From: Malacoraja senta
Lineage: Eukaryota
Reading direction: 5' to 3'
Length of the DNA stretch: 64,000 nucleotides
NCBI GenBank assembly: GCA_038087875.1
Contig: CM075991.1
Location: forward strand, 10,356,001-10,420,000
The position numbers were made by a program, and so were the translations under genes. The stretch's first letter is position 1; the number at the start of each line of letters is the position of its first letter. The notes beneath the pieces are model-generated. The model worked only from the letters and a program-made list of their open reading frames with translations. It had not been told where the DNA came from and searched no databases. Of this stretch, positions 39,441 to 52,707 are shown piece after piece.

Positions 39441-42176
39441 TAATAGGAAAGACATAATTAAGCTGGAGAGAGCACAAAGAAGATTTTTGAGAATGTTTCC
39501 AGAACTAGAGGGTCTGAGTTATAAGGAGAAGTTACCCAGGCTCGGATTTTGGTCCTTGGAGTGTAGAAGGCTGATGGGAGACCTTACAGAGGTGCACAAA
39601 ATCGTGGCAAGTATAGATAAGAATGCACACAGTCCCAGGGAAGGGGACTCAAGAACTAGAAACATAGAAAATAGGTGCAGGAGTAGGCCATTCGGCCCTT
39701 CAAGCCTGCACCGCCATTCAATATGATCATGGCTGACAATCCAACTAAGGGGCTGAGAGGGGAAAGATTTAAAATGCACCCGAGAGGTCATTTTTTCCAC
39801 ACGGAGGGTGGTACGTATGTGAAACAAGCTGCCGGAAGATAGACACAAAATGCTGGAGTAACTCTGCGAGACAGGCAGAAATGGCAGGTTGAGGCAGGTA
39901 CAATAACAAAATTTAAAATACATTTAGGCAGGTTCATCAATAGGAAAGGTTTAGAGGAATGTGTGCCAAATTAGTGCAAATAAGACCCACGTTAGATGTC
40001 ATCTTGGTCAGCAGGAACAAGTTGGGCTGAAGGGCCTGCTTGCACGTTGTATGACTATGCGTTTAATTTGTGATTGTGAAATTTTTTATAAAGGGATACA
40101 AGGATATGAGCATTAATATCAGGAATCAGTGCTGGAATGCTAAAGAGCAAGTCTGTGCCATGGAGTTTGAGGCCGGTTAAATTTCTGCTAGAGCGTTTTA
40201 TTTCCTGTGGTGGCTGCAACTTGTTTAACTTCCACCTCCTCCATATGAGGAACAAGAGCCTGCCTCTAAAAGAAATGGCATCCCAGACAGGTGGACATTA
40301 CTTTGTTTCCTCATCCAGAGCAATAGCAAGTTAAAAGCTACAATGATCAAAGCGAGTCTGTATTCATGCTAAGGAAACATTACAGCTATTATGAATCTAT
40401 CACATAACAAAGCCCTTTCAAGTCTTACAAGAAACCGGAAAGAGTAACATCACTCTTAATTAAATAGGTGCATCAAACACAATGCTCAGACCAAACACCC
40501 TGTCAGTAATTCAGAGTCTCTTGCAGGTTGTTTGGGTTTGTGGAAGCTTTATTCCCACAAGTGAAATGCAAGTTTGCCTCACAAGTAGAAATTCAGAACA
40601 AACAAAAACATCACAGACCTCCTTGAAGTTGGATGGATGTGGGCTGTGTATAACCCAGGAAAGATCAGTCTCATTAAGTTGTAAAATCTCAAAAGTCATA
40701 CTCAGATGTTTTGAAGCTCCTGACCTCGTAAAGGCAGCATCTGAAAAAATGCCACTGATCCATAGTATTAAAAACAAGACAAAGTAAAATTCCCATAACT
40801 CCCGAGCACTTATAGGCTGGACAGAAAACTGCTGTGACTTTTCTGGCGAGGCAACAATTTATGCGATTTCATGTGTAGGAAGGAGCTGCAGATGCTGCTT
40901 CAAACCGAAGATGGACACAAAACGCTGGAGTAACTCAACGGAACAGGCAGCATCTCTGGAGAGAAGGAATGGGTGATGTTTGGGGTCAAAGGGTCTCAAC
41001 CTGAAATGTCACCCATTCCTTCTCTCCAGAGATACCGCCTGTCATTCATGTTACGCCAGCATTTTGTGTCTATCTTACATGATTTCATACTATGTTCAGC
41101 CACTTGTAAAAGATGCAACCAGAACACCACAGCACAAACATGACTGGCTCTCGAATTTAAAATGTGTTAGCAACGTCCCACAATCAACAACAAAACCCAC
41201 AAACAAATCGTGCCCAATACTGGGATCCACACTTTAAAGAAGGACGTGAAGTTGTGTCTCTATTTTCTGAGAACTTCTGAATTTATCCAAATCTCAATCT
41301 GGAATGATTCGGGTTTTTCTGCATAACATTATTTGATGAGCATTGCTCCTGAGGCATTAAGAACAATCCCAGAGGAATTTCAACCATGTTAAATATTACC
41401 ACAGTTGCAAAATATATTGGTAGAAAACATACTAAGAAGCAACAAACACAAATCACAAAAATAAGTCTGAAGACGGGTCCTGACTTGAAACGTCACCTTT
41501 CCTTTTTCTCAGCCTGACCCGTTGAGTTACTCCAGCACTCTAGTATAAACCAGCATCTGCAGTTGCTTTATTCTACTAAAATATTACATACCTTTATTTT
41601 CGTAACAGATTGAGGTGGTTGCTGGCAACATTTTGTATCCATTCCTAATTCCCCTTGAGGTGATGTGCTAAACTGTCCTCTGGAACTGCTGCAGTCTATG
41701 TGGTAGGATGTTACAATGTGTATAAAACACAAGGTGGAATGGATAAGCAATGTTTTGCGTCCCAACCTGAAACATCGCCTATCCTTTCACACCACAGATG
41801 CTTGCTGACCTGCCTGGTTGCTCCAACACCTTAAGCACAATTCCAGTGTCTGTGTGTTACAATGTGTAGTCAGCTTTCCAGGATTGTGGCTCAACAACAA
41901 GGAAAGAATTTCCAACATGAATGTTGTGTCGATCAGTGTGGGATTTGAAGGTTGTGGTGCTCTCATGCCTCTGCCTTTATGCTTGCAGGTGCTACATAGC
42001 ATGAGTTTGGCTTAATTCTCAAATTGCTACATTAGTGGCCATCAGCTTTTCAAACTAGTATTATATAGTTCATACTGGTCTCTGAAGACCAAGCCAAGTT
42101 TGAAATTTTAAAAACTAATTTTGGACCACTACAAATCAGAAGCATCAGGGCATTTTGCTACAAATACTGTGGTCTG

Positions 42177-42207
<31 letters not shown>
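42177..42207. repeat. (AAGT)n microsatellite (tail of a minus-strand retroelement)
   Basis: aagtaagtaagtaagtaagtaagtaagt followed by tttattg (AATAAA on the minus strand). Confidence 0.9.
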
Positions 42208-42208
<1 letters not shown>

Positions 42209-43661
42209 TAGTTTATTGGCCAAGTATTCACATACAAGGAATTTTCCTTGGTGCTCCGCCCACAAATAACATGACATACAGTGAGAAGGTCAGTGACAGT
42301 GACAGTGAAGAAGGGTCTCGACCCAAAACGTCACCCATTGTTGTGCTCACAAAATATAAACCTAGCATAACACGGTTAAATTAATTACTATCTCTTATCA
42401 ATTACATTATACTGATATGGATTTTTCACTCTTTGGAAGAGGAGGCCAAAATGGTTTATCTTAATTTCTGTTATAGATATGAAAGGACTATCAAAATATA
42501 TGATGCTATCATCAGCCCATTTATCACTTTCCCGGTTCTGCTTTCTTTCTCTCTCTAGAAATATTCATGTACTCTTACATTAGATGGCAAAACCTAAAGT
42601 TTCATTTGTGTCACCCAATTTTCTACTCTTAATTTAAGTGAAAGCTTTCCTTTTTTTGATTCCACCTAAACGTAGATTTTCTGATGAGCAGTTAATCTGG
42701 AATAGTTTACTCATAGCAGATCAATGGGAAATGGAAAATTTCGAGTGAAAGGAAATGGATCCATATACTAACTTAAATCACAACAAAGTGACAGGACAAG
42801 TGTTTAACGTCATTTACAGCCAGACCCATCAGGTGAAGCAATACACTTAAGTGCTGGCGGAACTCAGCGGGTCAGGCAGCATTCGTGGACAGAACAGACA
42901 GGTGAAGTTTCGAGTCAAGACATTTCTTCAGACTGAGTTGTCACCCAAAATGTTGCCCGTCAGTCTGAGGAAGGGCCCAGACCCGGAACGTCATCTGTCC
43001 TTTCTCTCAATGAATGCTGCCCTGCCAATGGGGTCCCTCCAATGCTTTCGATTTTGATCAGGGTTTCAGCCTCTGCTGTTTCTGGTGAAATGAGAAACAA
43101 ACCTAGTTCTCACATTTGGAAAACAGAAATCACCCAAGTTGATTCAACTCTGCTATTTATTTTCGGTATTACTGTAATGATAACAGACAGGATGAGTCAC
43201 CTTCTTACACTGTGCTGCAAGGCAGTGGTTGATACTGCAAATGCATTTAGCTCCTGAGCTTAACGTATCTGTAAAAAACTGTGACTAGAAATGAGTATGT
43301 AGCAACAACGGATGCAGAGTGACGAAGGGACGGTGACTACCATCAAATAGAAATTCAAACGACAGTGCATGGCCATGATTTGCCTCTTCTATTCTGCATA
43401 TGTCCCAAACACTATCAAACCATTCATCGCTTTTTACATTCCCGATGTAATTTCTCTTGAATAAAATTAAACAAATTATTTTCCTTTACTTGTACCTTCT
43501 TAACATAGAATAGTATTGCACAGGAAAGAGCCCTTTGCCCCATAATGAGTGTGTTGAACATGATGCCAATTTACACTAATGCCTTCTGCCTGCACAGGAT
43601 CCATGTCCCTCCATTCCCTTCAATACGTAGCGAGAATAAAACACAAGGTGCTCCTTGAGTA

Positions 43662-43867
43662 AGAAAGAACTGCAGATGCTGGTTTAAATCGAAGGTAGAC
43701 TCAAAATTGTGAAGAAACTCAGCGGGTGAAGCAGCGTCTCTGGAGAGAAGGAATGGGCGACGTTTTGGGTCGAGACCCTAACCCTGAAGGGTCTCGACCC
43801 GAAACGTTGCCCATTCATTCTCTCCAGAGATGCTGCCGCACCCGCTGAGTTACTCCAGCATTTTGTG
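43662..43867. mobile_element. Penelope-derived fold-back element with 14-bp target duplication
   Basis: gtgctccttgagta on both flanks; inverted arms. Confidence 0.85.
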
Positions 43868-44285
43868 TGCTCCTTGAGTAGCTGCGTTCTCTCCATAATG
43901 AATAAATATCCTTAATATAAATCCTGACCAAAGACTATGTGATAATGTTCATTACTTAACACTACCTATAACACAGTCAAGACAAAACTTCTGCTGATCT
44001 CTACCTGCTTCCCTCTCTGTTGATGAATTAGTATTTCACCATGAACTGGAAAAAGCAGCACGGGTGGTAAGCACAAATGTCGGAGAGTTCAACGGCCACC
44101 ATCAAGAGTAATACATCAATATACAAAGCTGGTCATGACCTGAAGTACAGACTGCTATAGAGCCATAAAGTACAGAAACAGGCCCTTCTGCCCACCGCAT
44201 CCGGCCCGACTGCTTTGCCCATCTGTCCATGGCAGTCATCGTAAAAATGACTGTCACACAGTCCTTGTGGAGATGATGTTCCAAA

Positions 44286-44775
44286 TACATAGATACATAG
44301 AAAATAGGTGCAGGAGTAGGCCATTCGGCCCTTCGAGCCTGCACCGCCATTCAATATGATCATGGCTGATCATCCAACTCAGTATCCCGTACCTGCCTTC
44401 TCTCCATACCCTCTGATCCCCTTAGCCACAAGGGCTACATCTAACTCCCTCTTAAATATAGCCAATGAACTGGCCTCAACTACCCTCTGTGGCAGAGAGT
44501 TCCAGAGATTCACCACTCTCTGTGTGAAAAAGTTTTTCCTCATCTCGGTCTTAAAGGATTTCCCCCTTATCCTTAAGCTGTGACCCCTTGTCCTGGACTT
44601 CCCCAACATCGGGAACAATCTTCCTGCATCTAGCCTGTCCAACCCCATAAGAATTTTGTACGTTTCTATAAGATCCCCTCTCAACCTCCTAAATTCTAGC
44701 GAGTATAAGCCAAGTCTATCCAGTCTTTCTTCATATGAAAGTCCTGACATCCCAGGAATCAGTCTGGTGAACATA
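44286..44775 (-). mobile_element. Young CR1 LINE 3' fragment
   Basis: ORF 44379-44774 FTRLIPGMSGLSYEERLDRLGLYSLEFRR...; near-identical to 38950-39440. Confidence 0.93.
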
Positions 44776-45559
44776 CATACAAGGATTCAGGAAACAAGTG
44801 CAACAGCAGGCCATACAGCCCCTTGAGCCTGCTCCGCTACCGAGTATGTTCAAGACTGATCTGATCCTTGTATTAGCTCCACTGTTCTAAGTGAAACCAC
44901 ACATCTGTCTTGGCCTTGATTTCATTTAACTCTGAGGTGGAACATTTTGAAAGATTCAAGACCCGCGGAGAAGAAATTCTTCATAATCTCCATTTTAGAT
45001 GGGTTACCCCTTCATCTGATACCATGTCCGGTGGTTCAGGATTGGCCCAAAAGTAGAAATATCCTCTCAGCATCTACCCCAACAAGTCCCCTCAGGATCA
45101 TAAATCTTCGTAAGATCGTTTATCATCCTTCTGAACTTCAACCTGCGCAACCATTCAGCATAAGACAACTCCTGCACCGCAGATATTAACTTAATGAACC
45201 TGCTCCAATAAATGCCCTGAACAGTTAATATAACAACCTCCTTACTATTCCATTCCTTGTGCAACAAAGGCCAGTCAACATACCAGAGTTGTACATAATC
45301 TGTAACCTCATACCATCACTACGATCAAGTCACTGGATTTTTAGCACTGATGCCTTGAATAAATAACATGCGCATATTTCTGTCTTACAGGTTCAAATTG
45401 CTTGAACGTTTACGGCTCACATTCAAGATGTTCATCGTATATTCAGACTCAGTTTCTCTCCACATCAATTAACTACCCCTCAGATACCGAAGATGGCCTT
45501 GCATTAAGTAAGAAAGTAGAAGAAATTCTGCTTAACAGTCTATAACAATGTTTTTGATT

Positions 45560-45822
45560 GGAAGATACAGCGTGGAAATAGGCCCTTCAGCCCACGCCAA
45601 TCATCGATCACCCATTCACACTAGATCTATGTTATCCCACTTTCTCATCCGCTCCCGATACACTAGGAGCAATTTACAGAGTCCAATTAACCTACAAATC
45701 CACATGTCTTTGCCTCGTGGATGTAAACCAGAGCACCCAGAGAAAACCCACACAGTCAAAGAGAGAACATGCACCCGAGGTCAGGATCGAACCTGGGTTT
45801 CTGGCACCGTGAAACAGCAGCT
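45560..45822 (-). mobile_element. HE1-type V-SINE
   Basis: Reverse-complement head, V-domain and tail. Confidence 0.75.
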
Positions 45823-47390
45823 CACCAAGTTTATTCTGCTTTAAAAAAAAACTCAGTCCACATGAAACATTGATGTCCCAGTTTTACAAATGTCAGTCAA
45901 TCACAGGCATCAGCGAAGCAAACAAATAATTGGCTGCCAATTAAACAGCCCTCCAAACATCCTGCAGGGAGACAACTTAACTGGTGGATGGCATTGGGAA
46001 CCAAAGCCATGCCAAAGGAAAAAATATTAAGTCAGATGGCATGTTACAATAAAAGCTGTCCAGCATTAAAATCAGTCTGAAGAAGGGTTTTGGCCCGAAA
46101 CGTTGCCGATTTCCTTCGCTCCATAGATGCTGCTGCACCCGCTGAGTTTCTCCAGCACTTTTGTCTACCAATATTAAAATAAATTGTTGCATTGCAATTT
46201 TAAAAGGCAAAAATGTGTACTCCATTAGAAACTGTACCATAAAAAGGATCACATACCTATCCTCGCCAGTATACCTGAGCATATAACCCCATAACAAATT
46301 CCAAGCAATGTATAATCAGTTTCATCATTAATTAGATTTTGGTGATATATCATTGATAACGAGTGCATATCGCAAGGAAGCTTCAACAAAACTACGGGTT
46401 CTGTATGAATGGAGTTTGTTCATTATCCCTGTGGTCGTGTGGGTTTTCTCTGGGTGCTCTGGTATCCTCCCACAAACCATACAGGTTTGTTAGTTAATTG
46501 GCTTCGGCAAAGATTGTACAGGGATCGCTGGTCGGTGCAGACTCGGTGGGCCGAAAGACGGTTTCCGCACTGTATCTCTAAAGGCGTAGCTGCATTTTAT
46601 ACAACTTAAATTTAACATTTTGGTAACATTTATTTTTTATACATTCTGTGAACTTTCAGAAAAAATAACTCCGTACATGTGAAACTGTTTCATATTTTAC
46701 TACGTGGAGCAGCTGTTTTCAAACACTACAGGTTGGGGGGGGGGGGGTTTACAATGTAAAGCAACATTGCCATACGGTTCCCATCCTCATTCACATTTTT
46801 CAGTAATTTACTTGCAGTTCTTACTACCATCACCTTCAGGTAGCAATTACAATAGAATGAAAAATGTCTGCTGTTAGAAAACTGCCAAACACATCCAGTC
46901 ACTTGGTCACACTGTGCTGTCCACAGCCAACTTCTGTAAGTCTTCTATTAGAGCTGTTCTACTCGCTCCACTTGACAGAAGCATCAAATGTTGTCTTCCT
47001 GCGGCTTCAGCATTAACTCTTAGACATCAATCTCTCATGACCGCGGTGAACCCTTGCAATTCCTCTTCCACCCTAATGGTCCAATTACTCGCTCTCCTGA
47101 AGAGGAAGCTGACCTTTCCGGTTCATTTCTGCAACCTGGTTCATTTTGGTGAAAAACATGTGCACCTCTCAAACACCTTTAACAAGAATCTGGCACTTCT
47201 AATCATCATAACAAAACTGTTCCTACGACAGCCGATCTTCCCTTTCAATTGCTTCACCTGAGCTGCCTTTGAAGGCTTAACATCCAAATCTGTTGATCCT
47301 CACTACTCCCACATCAAGCTTCTCTTGGATTGTTATTTATTCCTCACACCCTTCAAATGCCTTATTTTGATACATCGATCAAAAACATAT

Positions 47391-47707
47391 GGCGGCCACG
47401 GTAGCGCAGCGGTAGAGTTGCTGCCTTACAGCGCCAGAGACCCAAGTTCGATCCTGACTAGGGATGCTGACTGTACGGAGTTTGTACATTCTCCCTGCGA
47501 TCGTGTGGGTTTTCTCCAGGTGCTCTGGTTTCCTCCCACACTCCAAAGATGTACAGGCTTGTAGGTTAATTGGCTTCAATAAAGATTGTAAATTGCCCCT
47601 AGTGTGTAGGATAGTGCTAGTGTATGGGGTGATCGCTGGTCGGCTGGCATTCGGAAGGCCGAAGGGCCCGTTTCCACGCTGTACCTCTAAACCAAACCAA
47701 ACTAAAC
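47391..47707 (+). mobile_element. HE1-type V-SINE, full length
   Basis: A-box tagcgcagcgg, B-box agttcgatcc, V-domain, CR1-like tail. Confidence 0.9.
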
Positions 47708-47954
47708 ATAGGTAGACAAAAATGCTGGAGAAACTCAGCGGGTACAGCAGCATTTATGGAGCGAAGGAAATAGGCAACGTTTCAGGCCGAAACCCTTCTT
47801 CAGAAAACTAAATGAAACATAGCCACGGTTACAATTCAGTTTCTCGATCTTCACTGTCCTTTATCCATCAAAGTTTTTGTTTAATTTAAGTCTCAACTTC
47901 AAATCCAGTCTTATCATCTACTCTACTGCTTACAATCTTCTGTCTGCTTACTGC

Positions 47955-48335
47955 TACACTTCGCGCTGCCTCGGCAAGGCCACTAGCATAATCAAAAAGA
48001 AGCTCACCCTCTTCTCCCCTCTCCCATCAGGCAAAAGGTACTGAAGTGTGAAAACACACACCTCCAGATTCAGGGACAGCTTCGTCCCAGTTTTTATCAG
48101 GCAACTGAACCATCCTACTACCAACTCGAGAATGTACCAGACCTAACATTTACCTCATTGGAGACCCTCAGATTTTACTGGACTTTACCTTGTACTAAAC
48201 ATTATTCCCTTTATCCTGTATCTGCACACTGTGGACAGCTTGATTGTAATCATGTATAGCCTTTCCACTGACTGCATAGCATGCAACAAAACTTTTCAGT
48301 ACCTCAGTATACGTGACAATAAACTAAAATAAACT
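47955..48335 (+). mobile_element. Rex1/Babar LINE 3' end
   Basis: ctcccatcaggcaaaaggtac...acctccagattcagggacagcttc...gtgacaataaactaaa. Confidence 0.7.
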
Positions 48336-49188
48336 ACGATTCAAAGACATTATACTTTTATTTCATTCAAATTGTTGCCTTCCTCAAAACAACTTTCAAG
48401 TTTATAAAGTCCAAGACTCAAATGCTGCTCTTGCATCTACAGAAAATCTATTTAACCTTCCATCTTGTTTTCTCTATCATTTCTTTCCAAATTTTGAAGA
48501 CATTCTCCTGCAGTCCCGATTATTGTAATTCAAGGGATCCTAGGATTCCGAATCCTAAAATTGAAGAATTTTTTAACTTGCTGAATTTTGCCTTTTTCCT
48601 GCAAATGTCATCTGTAACCAAATCCTTCTGCCACAAAATTATAGGTTCACATTCTCCTTTATTGGGGCCTGCAAGAAGGTTGGTGCCAAAGTATCAACTG
48701 CAAACACGTTATAATTGAAGTGTATTTTATAATAATCTAAAACAGTCTCCACAGACGTTCAAAGTGTTCTGCAATCAAAGCCAGTACGTTTGACAATGCC
48801 AAGAGACGTTTTATGTTGTTTTGTCCACAGGTGGGCACAAACAATGTTCAAACCTTCACTTCAAACTCCACTGCATCAATGTAGCACAATGATACCCAGG
48901 ACAGTTGTAAGCCCCTTGCCAAGAAAACAATTCCCTCCTTCCAGATCCTAACTTGCAAGAGCTGGAATTCAAATTACTGGCTATTTTAAGATCATTGAAC
49001 TCTTATTGCAAGTTTATAAGCCTGTTCTCGTGCCAATTTTGTGACTTCCCTACTGAGAACAAGAGGAATAAAATAACAGAAACATAATCTTCTCTGAGTT
49101 GCTCTTCTCTCCATCCACAGCCAGACGTTGTGATGAAATCCTCATCCAGAGTCATCCCTTCATTCTCTATGTGGGAATACATAGCACA

Positions 49189-49372
49189 GGTAGACAAAAG
49201 TGCTGGAGAAACTCAGCGGGTGCGGCAGCATCTATGGAGCGAAGGAAATAGGCAACGTTTCGGCCCGAAACGTTGCCTATTTCCTTCGCTCCATAGATGC
49301 TGCCGCCACCTGCTGAGTTTCTCCAGCACTTTTGTCTGCCTTCGATTTTCCAGCACCTGCAGTTCCTTCTTG
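49189..49372. mobile_element. Penelope-derived collapsed palindrome
   Basis: ~150-bp near-perfect palindrome centred on 49264 (gtttcgg c ccgaaac). Confidence 0.85.
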
Positions 49373-50361
49373 AACTAAACAAAAGCGCAGCGGTACTCCA
49401 TCAGAGCACCGAATTACAGACAGTAACTGTGCCCTTTCCGGCCACACCAGCACTATTATGAAATGCCACGAATTATCTTTGGAACCAGCAAAGAAGATTC
49501 TTCCCAATTTCAACCAGTAAAGGAAAACCAAGAATAAAGCATCATCCTTGTACTTTTTTCTTAAAAAGGAAACTGTCACAAAAGTAAACCTGTCAGCACG
49601 GTAGACAACTACTACGTATTCTTATGCAAAATGACACAGCTGGAGTTGGTTTATTTTCCACACAACTTTATCTGCAGATCTCGATTCCAAATGCTACAAG
49701 GATTGAGGGAACATTCAATACCAGAGTTTAACATAAAAATTCAGACCAGACCTACAGACCTAAATATAACATTCCAGCTGAACTTAAAGGGAAAGTGCAA
49801 TGTATAATTGGGAACCTGTGCTTTGATTACAAAATGCATTTCCCTGTTGATTTGTGTAATGTGCATTTTTATAAGTTTGTTTACTTGAAGCTGCAATCAC
49901 TCTCTTGCTTTCTTTTAACATGTCACAGGTAGCATCTCTGCTCCAGGCGAGAAGGTTGCAAGGTCCATGCCCTGTCTTGGACCCACACATACAGGTTGCC
50001 AGTCCAGCGGCATTCTGTGAACTGCACACTTGGATGTGTTTGCTCTTGAATGATGCAAGGTCCAGTCTATGTTCCAGTGGAATGAATAAATCCTAAAGTG
50101 GTGCGGTGGTAAGAGAGAAAGAAATTTGTATGATGCAGCCAAGAGTCTGTAGAAGGGTCTCGACCCAGAAAATCTCCTATTCCTTTTCTCCAGAAATGCT
50201 GTCTAACCCGCTGAGTTACGCCAGCTTTTTGAGTCTATCATGCTTTAACCATCATGACCAAATCATCAGATATAATTTACTAGCGTCTCCACAAGGCGCT
50301 AGGAAGGCTACAGTTGCACGACTGTGTTTAGTTTTGGTCACGCTGCTTTCCGAAACATGTT

Positions 50362-50829
50362 GTTAAGCTGGAAAGGGTGCAGAGATTTGGGAGGATGTTA
50401 CCAGGACTTGAGGGCCTGAGCTACAGGGAGAAGTTGGGCAGGCTGGGGCTTTATTCCTTGGAGCGAAGGTGGATGAGAGGTGATCTTGGAGAGGTGTATA
50501 AGACCACGAGAGGAATTGACAGGAGAGATGGCTTTTACCCAGAGCAGGAGACTCAAGAACAGGGGACACAGATTTAAGGTGAGAGGAAAAAGGTGTAATA
50601 GGAATCTGAGGGGCAGCTTTTTCACATGAAAGTGAGTATATGGAATGAGCTGCCAGAGGAGATTGTGTGGCATAAACCATAACATTTAAAGGACATTTAG
50701 ACAGAGACGGATATGAAAGGTTTAGAGGGATACGAGCCAAACACGGGCAGGTGGGACTAGTGTAGATGGGGCACCTTGGTCATGCTGGCCTGAAGTGCCT
50801 GGTTCCATACTGCATGACTCTATGACTCT
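50362..50829 (+). mobile_element. CR1 LINE 3' fragment
   Basis: QRFGRMLPGLEGLSYREKLGRLGLYSLERR; (ctatgact) tail. Confidence 0.85.
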
Positions 50830-52107
50830 CTGTCATCAATCTTATGGACCACAAGAATTGGAGGCCCTTCCCACACGCAAATTCACTGCCACTATACAAT
50901 AGTCATTTGTTGGGTATGAAAAGCTATGGGATGTCCTGAGATAACGCAAGGCATTTAATAAATGGAAATTCTTCACAAATCCAAAGAATGAAATATTTTC
51001 ATTCGTACTTGATCACACTGGAAGTCACAAATTTAATTATCGTACTTTTAAGAACTCAAAAGTTATATAGGTAAATGCAGGCTGATGGTTCTTTGTTACG
51101 AATTTTAATACCAGATTAACAAATTTAATCTATTGGATACCTTCATTTTACATCTCCACAGGTACAAACTCTAACATAACACATTGTCACCTCAAGACTA
51201 AAAGACCAACCCACTCTTTAAAGTTGCACAAACACGTGAAGATGAGCTATCCAATTTGCTCTGCCAGTTCCAACTCATGGTTACACCAAAGCGAACCCTG
51301 AATGGGTGCATCCAGTAACTTTCTGGGGACCAAAATGAGCAAATCTTGACAAGGTCACAATATCAAACATGTAAAACAACACTTGTAACTTGGTTTTGAC
51401 TGCAAGACAGAACAGAGCTCAACCAAATCTTGTGATCTATACTTTCTAAAATTGACAAGCGCAAGGAAAACGCGAGCCAGCGATCTAAGAGGCAAGGAAA
51501 CTCCAATCAATGTCTCACACATGTAGTGACGATGTGTGCATTGCATTAACACACTGATGCCATCCAAAAAGCAGCAGTAGACAATCTTGTGGAAGTATAT
51601 TCATGGAGCGAAAATGCTTTTAGAAATCAAACCGGCGTACCTTCAAGTAAATAGTCTTGGAAACTGAACAAGAACTTCAGGTGTCGAACATCTTTAGACT
51701 AGTTGTATCTGCAACTTCAGACATTAATTTCCCTTGTATTGGAAAAAAGTATTTATCAAACTTACGAGCAATAATCAATTGCCCATGCTCACAAACCACT
51801 TAACCAACAAATTTAACTGCTGATTATTATGTCCATCATGGCCATTGGTCGCGATATATTTCTCAAATGCAATGTCTTTACTACATTAATGTATCTGAAA
51901 ATGCTCTGTCTCTTCCCAACCCACCTCGTAAGAACCAAGACTCATGAGACACGGCAGACGTCCAGGCAAGAAACTAGAATGGGATGCGTGATTAGGCAAT
52001 TGGTCAAAAACCACCATCAATCCTGGAATTACTGTGAAAACCTTCTCCTTGTCAACGTTTATACAACTGAGCCTTTTGATCTTGCAGCATCAAATTGTGA
52101 CACCTAC

Positions 52108-52707
52108 CTTATCCTTTTCGTGAATCAGCATGCTAACCGGTGGAAGGCAGGAGATCGACTCGTGGGCCTGCTTGCCATCACCGGCTGTTTTGCCACGCAC
52201 GAGCCGGTACAGGGGCCCATCCTTGATGATTCTGCCGTGGCTGATGGCGCGTTTCAGGAAAAGTCTCAGCTGCTGGTGGAGGGCGGTGGAGCTACCAGCA
52301 CCAAAAACCGCTATCACATCCTTCTGAGCCCGCAGAAACCGTTCTATGTTCTTCAACGATGAACCGTTAGGCTCCGACAAGCCCTCGATTGCCCTTTTGA
52401 GCAGTTTATTCCAATCGACACTGTGTTTAACATCTGACTTGGACTGATTCCGAGGTTTCGGGAGCACAATCCGTCCTGGATTGTCTGGATCCTTGTAGGA
52501 ATTAAGTCCCTTATTTGTAACCTTTAAGATTGTCCCATCTTTGACGCTGAGTTCCAGTTGTTCCAGGACAATTTTTCTGTCTAATCCGTGGGATGAGGCG
52601 ACAGCATGGCAAATCCTTTCCTCCGAGGGTCTCTGTTTCTGCTTTTTCACTTTTTGGATCGCCTCCAGAATCCACTCGGTGTACAACGGATTTGCCAGTT
52701 TTACCAT
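52108..52707 (-). CDS. KAT6A: KAT6A (MOZ/MYST3) histone acetyltransferase, first coding exon (N-terminal winged-helix/NEMM-H15 region, aa 1-200)
   Basis: [36 protein letters not shown]...[13 protein letters not shown] is the KAT6A/B N-terminus. The linker [11 protein letters not shown] and the segments KDGPLYRL and ESISCLPP match KAT6A better than KAT6B. Strong Kozak (gccATGG). Donor AAG|gtaggt after exactly 600 coding nt (phase 0). Confidence 0.93.

Larger units (their letters stand above)
1..52107 (-). other. KAT6A: KAT6A intron downstream of the first coding exon (extends beyond the window start)
   Basis: GT donor at 52107-52106. The next expected exon (PHD finger start, P.AEPIPICSFCLG) was not recognised in the window. 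Confidence 0.7.

Noticed and set aside
47391..47460. tRNA genes at SINE heads (also 56615-56685)
   Set aside because: A/B boxes run directly into SINE bodies; no complete acceptor stem or Pol III terminator.
52090..52107. C-terminal VGVTI* of the listed 205-aa ORF
   Set aside because: Read-through past the AAG|gtaggt donor into the intron.
51829..52362. 177-aa + strand ORF
   Set aside because: Antisense shadow of the KAT6A exon plus intron; no recognisable domain.
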